A stretch of DNA of 64,000 nucleotides from a virus. The notes under the pieces were generated by a model. It was not told the DNA's origin and ran no database searches. It saw nothing but the letters and a program-made list of their open reading frames with translations. Below are positions 52,218 through 62,800 of this stretch, piece by piece. Numbering within the stretch: the first letter of the stretch is position 1; every line of letters starts with the position of its first letter. Position numbers and translations under genes: made by a program. The DNA lies in IMG/VR virus record IMGVR_UViG_3300047548_000772, positions 32,001-96,000 of that record. One strand, 5' to 3'.

Positions 52218-53010
52218 AGTCAGGTTTATTCATTACATGTAAGTCTGTATTAGACAATATCATGCGTTGATGACGTTCTTTAAACTCTACCATGCGTACA
52301 TAGTTAAGTTGAAACTGATCATCGTCTAGTTGATTTAGATATACATCATAAAAACTTGTTAACAAAGGCCAAGGAATACTAGGCACAGCGTTAGGTAAAT
52401 GTCCGTATAATGTGCTTAGTGCAATACTAATGGCGTAGTCATTGCGGTAAGGTTCTTCTTTGAATTTGTACAATCTGCTATAATGATAATAGTTGTTCTC
52501 TATCATATTCATCATAGCAAATGTATCTTCTGCTAGTCGGCTGCGCTTGAAATAAAGCACCGTTGCCCACCACATGGGAAATTCCACAAAGCCAAATCGT
52601 GTATCGATGGCAAAGTTTTCTCGATCTGTTACGTCTAGTACATAACGATGGCACAGTAAATCTTGTCCAACGTCAAACAATACTTTTAAACGATCGCTAG
52701 CAACAATGTAATCTGTATCTAAAACAAGCGTTTCATCGTATGGACTAAATGCATAAGCATTATGGCGCCCACAGTTGTACCAATGTGCGCTAGAATCGGC
52801 ATTCATATGATCGTATTTGCGTGTTCCGCCAGACTTTGATTCAGTGACAACAACGTTATCAAACATAGAGGTATCCTCGGGAGGATCATTTGTTACTAAC
52901 GTTGTTGGCAACCCTAAATGACGTTCAATGCGAGGTGCTGACCACTGTGCTTGACTAACATAGTCAACCTTGTCATTGTTAAATGCAAAAAGTACTGCGC
53001 CCTTGGTCAT
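52189..53010 (-). CDS. GT-A (GT8-like) glycosyltransferase-like protein
   Basis: GAVLFAFNN..VDY, SPYDETLVLDTDY (DxD), WATVLYF, RND. Confidence 0.65.
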   Translation of the reverse strand: MTKGAVLFAFNNDKVDYVSQAQWSAPRIERHLGLPTTLVTNDPPEDTSMFDNVVVTESKSGGTRKYDHMNADSSAHWYNCGRHNAYAFSPYDETLVLDTDYIVASDRLKVLFDVGQDLLCHRYVLDVTDRENFAIDTRFGFVEFPMWWATVLYFKRSRLAEDTFAMMNMIENNYYHYSRLYKFKEEPYRNDYAISIALSTLYGHLPNAVPSIPWPLLTSFYDVYLNQLDDDQFQLNYVRMVEFKERHQRMILSNTDLHVMNKPDFGKICGSRI

Positions 53011-53321
53011 CGTTGACGTGCTAATTCTTCGTGTTCGACTAACCAGGCATTCATTTGCTCTTGCCATATTTGCGATGCTTTGTCAAACAACTCTCGAGGC
53101 ACTACTTTTACAGGTGTGTCGTACAAATCTAAAAGCACAATGGCGGGTAGCCATTCGTCGCAAAGGTGTAAGGTAGCCATTAATTCTGGGCCTGCTCGCC
53201 ACATTCCACCAGCATGGGCAAATACCATTTTGCTGGCATACTTTTCTTTGAGTAGTTTCTTTTGCGTAGCGTGGTCAAAACGGCTACGTATTTCTTTAAC
53301 TAGAGTATCTGGATTAGACAT
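53007..53321 (-). CDS. Hypothetical protein
   Basis: FAHAGGMWRAGPEL...LDLYDTP. Confidence 0.7.
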   Translation of the reverse strand: MSNPDTLVKEIRSRFDHATQKKLLKEKYASKMVFAHAGGMWRAGPELMATLHLCDEWLPAIVLLDLYDTPVKVVPRELFDKASQIWQEQMNAWLVEHEELARQR

Positions 53322-53359
53322 ATTCATTCCGTAATTTTACTACAATATGTAGCAAAAGT

Positions 53360-53382
53360 AAAGGGCCCGAAGGCCCTTTTTT
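53360..53382. terminator. Bidirectional Rho-independent terminator
   Basis: aaagggcc-cgaa-ggcccttt with flanking A and T runs. Confidence 0.8.
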
Positions 53383-53401
53383 GTCCAGATACTGTAACCT
53401 A

Positions 53402-54331
53402 TTAGGCTACTGCTGATGTATAAGAAGCAGTGATTGAACCCCAGGTGTTGCTGATGTTTGTTGTTTCACTAGCAACTGCGGTAAATGTCGGTGTCCATGT
53501 ACCGTCAACTGTACCGCCCGAAACTGTACCAGTACGGTTGATAGCAGCAGTAATGATAATCGATGGTGCTGGAGCAGCAGTACTACCGCGAATATTGATA
53601 GTTAGGTTGTCGCCTTCGTAACCATAATAACTTGTTGTAGTTTGTTGGAATACTTGTTGGTTAACGTTGGTTAATTGATAATATCCAGTACCAGTTGAGA
53701 TAGTTGGGGAACCCGAACCACCAGTTTTAGTTGTGCCTGTGTAGCTCGATCCAGCAATTGTTTGTGTTACGCCACCACATGTCCAGTTTAATGTACCACA
53801 TGCTGTTAATAAAGAACCTAGTGCTGTACCAGCTGGTGATGCTGTGCCACCAGAACGAGCAATAGCACATGTTAGACGGCCGCCTGTGTTAAAGAAATAA
53901 CGTGCTTGTGCAGCAGAACCAAATGTAAATGTAGCAGTAAATGTTAGTGAGTTAGTCCAAGCCGATGTGTATGCTGAACCGGTTGCAGTAGTTGTAGTAC
54001 CAACCGCCGAGCAGTTATAACGAGCGTTAGTGATTGCAGTAATATTGGTCGATAGTGCAGCATAAGCACTAATTGTGTTACCAGCCACTGGGCTAGTAAT
54101 ACCAGTAATTGTTGTTCCTTGGTGAGCAGCAGCTGACGAAATTCTGCTTAATAATGTTGACCATTGTGTAGCTGTTACTGTGTTTGTAGCTGCAACTGAA
54201 CTAATTGCTGTTTGTCCGTAACCATAGTTATCGTTTGCACTAGGACTTTTGTCATTCCAAATGTTATTTACGCTAGTGGCAAACGAGTTATAGTCGCTGG
54301 CTAAAATTACTGATCCTGTTGAATATGTCAT
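53402..54331 (-). CDS. Thr/Ser/Gly-rich virion (tail-associated) protein
   Basis: MTYSTGSVILASDYN, GYGQT, ARYFFNTGG motifs; neighbours structural genes. Confidence 0.7.
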   Translation of the reverse strand: MTYSTGSVILASDYNSFATSVNNIWNDKSPSANDNYGYGQTAISSVAATNTVTATQWSTLLSRISSAAAHQGTTITGITSPVAGNTISAYAALSTNITAITNARYNCSAVGTTTTATGSAYTSAWTNSLTFTATFTFGSAAQARYFFNTGGRLTCAIARSGGTASPAGTALGSLLTACGTLNWTCGGVTQTIAGSSYTGTTKTGGSGSPTISTGTGYYQLTNVNQQVFQQTTTSYYGYEGDNLTINIRGSTAAPAPSIIITAAINRTGTVSGGTVDGTWTPTFTAVASETTNISNTWGSITASYTSAVA

Positions 54332-54444
54332 TACTTATTTTCCCTTTGTATTAGTTGATTATGATCAACGCTATAAACCAACGGCGCTTGCACGTCATTG
54401 TACTACTTTGTCTATAGCTGGGTATAATCCAATACTTGCCTTTC

Positions 54445-55986
54445 TTAGTTCTTAATACTAACAATGGCTTCTACTGTACCTTCGCCATCAGTTAATTTAT
54501 CTGTTAGTGCGCGGCCAATTACGTTAAACGGTGTTAACTCTTCTTTGGCTGCGCTACGAGCAATACCCCATCCTGCGCAAACTAAACGATCGCCTTTGCG
54601 TACAATACCTGTACATAATACAGGAACTCGTCCAGTCATTGCAATAGCAGGGTGAGTTAAATCGTCACCAGCGCCGCCATTCATTGTAAACGCAGGGCGT
54701 GTACTTACAACGCCAAATACGTTTTCGCTTAATTCATCAATAGCACGTGTGATTTCGGCAGCACCGCCAATTTCAACAATGGTGCCGGGTGTGTATGTTT
54801 CATCTGCTGCAAAACGTTCTGCAACGTCAGCGTACAATGCAGTGGTCGCTGTGGCAAAAATCTTATTGAAATATCCAGTTGAACTACCAATATTACCAAC
54901 ACCGTTGGCGTTGTTGTTTATTATATTACCCAACGAAACAGTTGATGTACCAAAGTTTGCACCACCCGAATATGTGATGTTGCCTGCATTTAATGTTCCG
55001 CAAGTTACAGCACCTACAACAGAAATATTACCAACTTGGGCGTTTCCTGCAATATTTAATGCACCCGAAACTGAAGAAATTGCACCGTTAACTGATAAGT
55101 TTGAGTTAACAACTACGTTGCTTGTTGAACCAACCACAGTAATAGCGTTTGTAGGTGTGCCACCATCGTTTACACGAATGTAAACGTTACCGTTTTCTGT
55201 TTGGTTGTAGATATAACCGTCATTGCCGTTAACGTAGACATTAACGTCTTGGTTAACACCAACGTATAAACCATTGTCATTTAAAACACTTAGGTTGCCA
55301 ACTGTAGATGTGTTTACATCTGAGCGCATAAACTGGCTAGCAGTAAAGCCACCGAATGTTTCTGCGCTGGTTGCGGTACCAACAAACATTGCTTCGCCAG
55401 AAGCAACAGTGGTACTCATATTTAAACCAGGGTTAATTGTAGCAAACCCTGAAATAGCAACTGCTGGAGTAAAAGTAGCTGAGTTAGAGAAGATCGAAAC
55501 AACTTGGTTGTTAACGTACATCTTAACAATAACGTGATCAGCACCAGGCGAAGTATCTGTTACTGTATCAACAATAGCACCCGAAGTACCTGTGCCCGAA
55601 GTGTACGAAGGACCAACAAGAATATAACTAGTGCCGTTATAAATTTTTAACTGTTGGTTAACTGTGTCAAACCACAAATCGCCAGTGACGCTACCGGTCG
55701 GTGCGCTAGCTTGCGAAGTTGCAGCTGATAAGACTTTAAATGATGAGCCGTTATAAACCTTTAACAGACTAGTACTAGTATCGTACCATAGTTGACCTGT
55801 CAGTGGCGCTGTAGGTGGCGTTGAATTTGCACCATTTTCTAGTAGATGAATAAAGTTATCATCTAAAAATTGACCATATCCAGCATAATTTTTACCCACT
55901 AGGGTCATGCTAGAATCGGTATTAATGGTACCATCTGCGATTGTCGCAAAAATTGTACCATTTGTTAGGTTAATTGTATAAGCCAT
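54445..55986 (-). CDS. Tail fibre-like protein with C-terminal chaperone-like domain
   Basis: GKNYAGYG...LLEN, GQLWYD/GDLWFD repeats, beta-helix-like Gly/Asn middle, YADVAERF...IGRAL C-terminus. Confidence 0.75.
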   Translation of the reverse strand: MAYTINLTNGTIFATIADGTINTDSSMTLVGKNYAGYGQFLDDNFIHLLENGANSTPPTAPLTGQLWYDTSTSLLKVYNGSSFKVLSAATSQASAPTGSVTGDLWFDTVNQQLKIYNGTSYILVGPSYTSGTGTSGAIVDTVTDTSPGADHVIVKMYVNNQVVSIFSNSATFTPAVAISGFATINPGLNMSTTVASGEAMFVGTATSAETFGGFTASQFMRSDVNTSTVGNLSVLNDNGLYVGVNQDVNVYVNGNDGYIYNQTENGNVYIRVNDGGTPTNAITVVGSTSNVVVNSNLSVNGAISSVSGALNIAGNAQVGNISVVGAVTCGTLNAGNITYSGGANFGTSTVSLGNIINNNANGVGNIGSSTGYFNKIFATATTALYADVAERFAADETYTPGTIVEIGGAAEITRAIDELSENVFGVVSTRPAFTMNGGAGDDLTHPAIAMTGRVPVLCTGIVRKGDRLVCAGWGIARSAAKEELTPFNVIGRALTDKLTDGEGTVEAIVSIKN

Positions 55987-56040
55987 CTTCTACTTTACTC
56001 CGCTATTAGAATTATTTAGCATTTCTTTATCTGCATATAT

Positions 56041-56646
56041 TTATGCAGAACTTAAATTAGTTAAGGTCTGGATACGAATTGTGTAATCAATTTGAATCTG
56101 ACGATTTAAGCTCTTTTGAACTGGGTGAAAAATCACGTGGGTTACTAAACGTAAATCCTCGGCAGATCCGTTCCAAGTCTTAACACCTAGTTCGTCAAAT
56201 ACGTATTCACCGTTAAAGTTAGTCGAGTTATCAAATGCTTGTTGCCCGGCAGGTTCGCCGTAGTCAAGCAAACATGTGATCAAAATGTCTGTGTAAACTG
56301 TGCCTGTTGTGTGCAATACTGTGATCTTATTACGAGCAGGGTCTGTGTTAGTTGATGAGTTATCGTCAACTACTTTGCTGTATGTTTGGTTGTACAAGTC
56401 GGCGTTTTCGCCGGTGGTATTTGGTGGCAAATAAGTGATGACTCCAGTTGGGTCAACACTGGCGCCGCCGTTGCCAAATGCCATAGCATAAATTTGGCCA
56501 ATAGGCTTATTAGAAATAGCATTAGCTAAACTAACGGACATGTTTTCGTAATGGATAGCATTATGCTTATCTACAAAAACTTCGCCGCTATTTGGGTCGT
56601 GAATCTTTAAAAATCCATCAATTTTTACTGGTCCGTTAATAATCAT
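56041..56646 (-). CDS. Virion structural protein
   Basis: NAIHYEN, FGNGG, FDELG, HVIFHPVQKSLNR. Confidence 0.7.
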   Translation of the reverse strand: MIINGPVKIDGFLKIHDPNSGEVFVDKHNAIHYENMSVSLANAISNKPIGQIYAMAFGNGGASVDPTGVITYLPPNTTGENADLYNQTYSKVVDDNSSTNTDPARNKITVLHTTGTVYTDILITCLLDYGEPAGQQAFDNSTNFNGEYVFDELGVKTWNGSAEDLRLVTHVIFHPVQKSLNRQIQIDYTIRIQTLTNLSSA

Positions 56647-56801
56647 GCTCTAACCTCTACAAAAGTTTCGTTGGTATTTGGATCATAAATCTTTACAAAC
56701 CCAGAAATGTCAAGTCCGCCTAATTCGTTGGGCTTGCGCACAGGCTTTGTTTGTTGCTGAGCCTGTGCTTGCTGTTCAGTTGGTTGTGTGTTATTGTCCA
56801 T
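56643..56801 (-). CDS. Small hypothetical protein (52 aa)
   Basis: Own translation ...KPNELGGLDISGFVKIYDPNTNETFVEVRA, similar to the N-terminus of the next gene. Confidence 0.6.
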   Translation of the reverse strand: MDNNTQPTEQQAQAQQQTKPVRKPNELGGLDISGFVKIYDPNTNETFVEVRA

Positions 56802-56821
56802 GATACTATTTATCCTAAAAA

Positions 56822-59800
56822 TTACGCCTGTCCGCGAATAAACTTAGCAGCCTTTGTTGTTTGCTCCTGTAAGGCAATACCATTGCTAGCAGTACCTACT
56901 CCTTGTGCATACATCACATGTGCTTCAACAATATAAACATTTACTTCAACCCCTTCAGCAGGTGGTGTTGTAATTTGTACTGCTACTGTTGGGCTTATTG
57001 ACGAAACAACATAGGCCCCTGTGCCAGGTAGTAATTCAGTACCTCCAACTCGAACACGCACCGCACCTTCCATTGCTGCTGTCATATCAGCATAGAACGG
57101 TAAATCTGTAGCAAAAGTATCAGTTACCCCGTCACCGTAGAATGTATTGTTGTGTACCTGTTGTTGGTAGTAAGCAGGAAGTGCTTCTCCTCGACCGATG
57201 TCGTAAACGGCTGCGCCAACATAGTGATGGTCAGCAGCAGTACCAGCAACACCTCGTCGTAACCCAGAAACAGTATTAGATTCTACATCTCGATTACGGT
57301 ATGTGATGCGTTCGCCGTTGATTGTAATTACACCAAAAATACCAATTGCTAAGTTTGGTTCCGATAAATGGCTTGCGTCTGCGACATAAATCACATCAGC
57401 GTCTGCAGTTAAATCTGCAACTAATTCTGTTGTTGTATTTGGAGTCATACGATAGAGGACCTGATTTCCTCTCATGTCTTGGAAAATACGGAACTCCATA
57501 GCGTCTGGTACCACTGATTGAGTAAAGCTAGTAATTACAACTACGTCACCAAGACTGATGATAGGGCCAGTTAATTGAACAACTGTGCCGCTAACAGTAT
57601 AACCTTCACCAAATGCCAAACGTTTACCATTTTTAGTTACCCACAAACGTTCTGGATTTAGAATAGCTCTGCCTGTATCAAAGTTATTGCTATAAATTAC
57701 AACGCCAGCAGCATAGTCATATGTGCCCGGGCCACCAGTGACTAAACCAGAATCGAAATCAGTTTCGTCGTAACCTTCTGATTCTAGTGCACCAGTTGTT
57801 GTTGGACCCACAAATACTTGTGTTAACAAATCTTGTTGGCGTGTGTCACCCCAAGTTGTAACTGCAATAGGCGCACCAGGAATAGCACTTACATAAAGTG
57901 TTAAAAGATTGTTTCCTGGATTGATTGTATAATCTGCATCGGTTGTTACAGCAATGTAGATGTGTGCGCCAGCAGCAGGTGCTGTGAAGAATGAAATGTA
58001 ACGATTATTGGTACCAGTCCAAGGAGATAACGAAAAATCAAGACTTGGGTACTTGCGCACATTGTCAACAAACACAATTACTTCGTTGCTAGCAATGTAT
58101 TGCTGGTTTGTGCCGGCGCGGGTTGGAAGTGCGTATTCAACAGTTAAGTTATCACCATAATACTCAATACCTTCCGCAGGACGTAAGCGTAACCCGCTAC
58201 GCTCAACTACTGCATTGATCATGTTAGTGTAGACTAAGCTGTTGGTTAGATTGTAGGTCGATGAACCAGTATATGGAATATACTGAGTAACCGGATAACT
58301 GTAGTCGTACTGTACCGGAGTTTGCACGCCAAAGGCAGCAACAAACACACGATCTAAATCAGTATATGTGTTATCAAAAGTAATTTCTGTAAAGAATGTT
58401 GCAAATGAATTATAAGTGTAATTGGTTATACGTTCGCCGTTGACAATTACTAATAGATCGTATATTTCGTTGAAGTTAACAGAAATAACTAGATTGTTAC
58501 CTACGTCACCACCAAGATAAGATTTGTAATAAAGTTGGTTGCCACCGCCCAATCCATAGACGTCAACTTCGATGTTGTTGCCATCAAACACACTAGCAGT
58601 TGTAGGTAAGATCTCAACTGTATATGTTGGCCAATCAATCATGTAATCAACGTTCGGAATTAATGACGCACCAGTAGTTAAATTAACTACTCTAACAGCA
58701 GTAACTTCGTCTGACATGCCGCCGAAATAAAAGCTAGAATGAATTATAGGTTCATAAACAAATGCTCGGCTGTACATTGGGAATCCATGACCGTTACCTG
58801 TCCAGTCTGCACCCGGGCGTGTGTAAACACGAAAATCTAATGTGTCGAATGTAGCGCCTGGTACTAACTCTTCAGGCGCATGACTCGAGTAAGTGTCTAC
58901 AAACTCACCGCCAGAAACAACTATTGGATTTGGTCCCAGGTTTGGTGGTGCGCCGTCGTATGCAGGTGCTGGTAAAATACCCAAATACGGATCCAAGAAT
59001 TCGCTTGTGTAAGTGGCATCTAAAATAGACGGATCATAAGTTGGGGCACCGTCGGGTAGATACGAAATGTTATCAAAAGGATTAATATCAAAGTTACCTA
59101 CGTCAAATCCAGTGTTTTGATCAAAGTTGACACCGTAAACTTGTACTCCTGGATAGTCAATACCATTGATTACTAATGCAAGTTCAAGACCAGGTTCGTT
59201 TATACCTGGATTATAGTAACCCATTACACGATTAGATGCGGTTAGATCTGCTGGGTCAACTTCGGTATAATACGCAGGATCAAACTGTGTGCCGCTGTTA
59301 ATATTTTCATTAACTTCGTATGCAGCATTATTGAAACGCACTAGTTGACCAGCATCGTAGTTAGTATTTTCTGTCCAGTCAATAACCGAGCTAGTGTAGT
59401 CAATACGGTCAAACTTGATAGTAGTCAAGAACGAACGCACTAGTTCGTTGTTCATTACTGGAACTGCCCATGCACCTGTACTATCTTCTCCTTCGATATA
59501 AATCGATGGAGTAAGTGTGTAGCCGGTACCTGGTGTTAGCACTTCAATATATCTAATTGTGCCATCAGTATAAAGTTGTACCGATAGTGTTGCTTCAACG
59601 ATGTTGTTAATGTTCGGATCCAACGGATTTGGAACTACTGTTGCCTTTGGTGGTAGTGTATAAGCACCACCAGCATCGATAATAGTTACGCTGTCAACAT
59701 ATAGTGTATAATTTTGGAACCATTGACTATAAGGAATTTGTTGCCAACCTGTCCACGAACCTGTGCGAGAACTAATTGGATCTAAAGGATATTCTGAATC

Positions 59801-62800
59801 ATCTAGTATTGGGCTTACGAATTGGCTAGCAGATTCATCAAAGTATGCCGGAACATCAAAATCAGTCAATGTGCCCTTGTAAGTATCAAATCCTTCGTAG
59901 CGTAGATTAAACTCACGAATTTGTACGTGATATGGTTTGACTTCTTTAATGTAATCAAGAACGAAATCTTGATTATCGCGACGATAAATTTGGTATGGTA
60001 ACAAGTCGCGAATCTTGTGGTTAACGTCGATTAGCGAGGTCTTGAACAACCAATCCGGTGACCCTTGCTCGGTCATAATAAATTCAAACGCAAGCATTAG
60101 TAGTTGGTTACGGTAGATTGCTAAATCGTCAATGAAGATTTCTTCATTGAGTGCTTTGAGTATTTGTCGAGTTTCAGCAATTGGTGCTTCGTCGAAGCGT
60201 TGAGAATCAAACACTTCAACATCGAAACCAAATGCTCCTTCGCCATAACTCCAAAGAACAGAACTAATAGCAATTGTACCATCCTCTAGTACTACACGAA
60301 CCCATTCGTACACCGGATCAACATCTGTTCCTGTGTTCTGATATTGATATACTTCGTATTTGCCAGAACTGTTCTTAAGAACTTTAACAGTTAAGTCAAC
60401 AACCGGAGTAATGCGTAGCAAGTCAGCATAGGTTGGAACTTCTAACAACGGTTTAACATTGTTATTATATCCTTGCTTAATCCAGTTGACATAGCTCCAA
60501 TATTGACGAGTGTCATAAGTTTGTACACGTGATAAATGTAACTCTCGTTCAACGCCTGTGCTGTTCATTTGCACAGTATAGATAGTCCATAAGCCTTCAA
60601 CGGTTTCGTCGCTGGCAACTAGATAGTTATAACCTAACGGTACTGCCCATAAATCTTGATAAGTTAGAATTTCATATGTAGCAACTCTCTTGTTCCACAG
60701 TCCAGATGAAGCACTCGGTTCTGGCTCTGCGCTATCAAGTAACGCAAAACTACGCATGTCAACAATTGGGTATAGTGACAAGATGTTGTTTGCGCGAGTT
60801 AGATAATTTTGTAGGGCTGCGAATCGATCAACAAACATCGATTGGCGTGGTCTAAACTGCACACCATAGCGGTTAGCAGGGCTTAGTGTTGGATCCGGAA
60901 CTAGTCCGCCAAGTGTATTTTCACCGCAGAAACTATCTAGCAACTTACGATATAGTCCTGCTTGGATAAATGCATCAGGATTGCCATCAGCAACTAAATC
61001 GTATTCGCTGTGGATATTGTCATCATTCTTGATACGATCAAAATTAACTGTTAAGATAGTATCTTGTGCAGAGATATATGGAGCACCGTTATACAATGCA
61101 ATTGCACTTGGCGCCACCGCAGCAGCATAAGGAATACCGGCACTCTTTGGATTTTCAATGTATTGTTTGATTGCCGCTGTGCTTAGATTTTTCTTAGCAA
61201 ATGTAGCAACTTCTGGAATGTCTTTGACCCAGAAGAAATAACGAGTTTCAAACACGCCAGTATTAGAGTTTAACTTAGTATTAACTGTGTAACTTGTTGT
61301 ACTGTAAGGAGTACCAACACCAACAGTATCTACATAGTCTGCTGGCGGAACTGAACTACCAATCCACTGATAAACATCAACACTTGACCCAGGGAATACT
61401 TGTCCCCAACGGCGCGAAGCATATTGTAGTGTACTTTGATGATAATCAACAAAACGTACTGTGCTTAGATCCCACCAAATTTCTCCAAGATGTTCTTCAC
61501 CCCAGGTAATTCCATTGTTGTTTTCTGTACCAACGTTATACATTGCCGGATCTCTTGCGCCAAGGAAGTCAATGTTCTGACGAGCAGCACCAAGAATCTT
61601 TCCTTGTAACGGATCGATAAAGTCAAAGTATTGTGTAACACCCGATGTTAAGCGGTCGTATGTGTAAATAGAATCTAATAGGTACACATCAACTACAGGT
61701 TGTTGAGTATAAATTGCTTGCCATGCAGGAGTGCGTGTTGGGTTTTCAAATTGCACTAAGCCGCCGACTACAGTTGAATCGCCGTCGGTTCGATCGCTTG
61801 GTGCGCCAACTAATAAATTAGCGCCAACATAACTTACACTCTGTCCAAACTTCTCCATTGATTTTAGCGACGGATCGTATAGTTGCTGCCCAAACACGAA
61901 TTTAGTGATATCGTTGATTGATCCAGCTGGACTTGTTCCAATATAATCAAATGTATAAGCAACACCGCTTTGATCAGCAGCTGAGTAGAAGTTTGTAGTA
62001 TTGAAATCAAAGGTTGTTTCGCCACCGTCGAAAGTTACAGGTTCTTGAGCTTCACCGTCGGGGGCACCAACTGTTAATGTTAAGTTATTTTTGCCTGCGT
62101 TAACGCTGGTACCAAAGTGTGCGTAAGCAGTTTCGTTTGGTGAGCGAAGTGTTTGAGACCAAATAAATGTGCTGATACCTAGATCAGTAAACAAGTTATT
62201 TGTTCCAGGACCTGGCAAAACTTCTAGTTTGTTAAATGCTGTTGCTGCTGCGTCATCAACAATACTAATTGTTAAATAGCCGTTTGAACTAAATGCAGTA
62301 ACATTAGGTACATTGGCATCAATAATATTTTGTGCAAAATTATCAACCCAGGTTGATACAGTCCAATAATTAGTGTCTGATATAGCAATGCCAATAGGTA
62401 CATTCTGTGATGCTCGGTAAATGTCAGAACCATTGATAACAAATGTGCCGGCGGCCCATGTTACTAGACTATTCCACGAAGTTGGTTCAACAACGCTAAC
62501 CGAATAATTGTTAATATATAAAATATCCCCTGGTGTTAGCGTTGGATCTTGGTTCGCTGTGGTTACTACACCAAATTGACGAATTTGATTGATCCAACGA
62601 TCTGTGCTACCAGCTTCAGGTAAGTTAATTGAGTCGTTAGGTACGCCAATGTAGGTAGTGCAATTTGTAGGGCATACGTCAATAGCAGCACCAAACAATT
62701 GTTTTTCATGAGGATTATTAGAGATAATTGTTTGTACGTTGAAGAAATTATTTGTAGCAATTTCAACTGCGTCGCCTACGGATAATACACCGTTGTTAAT

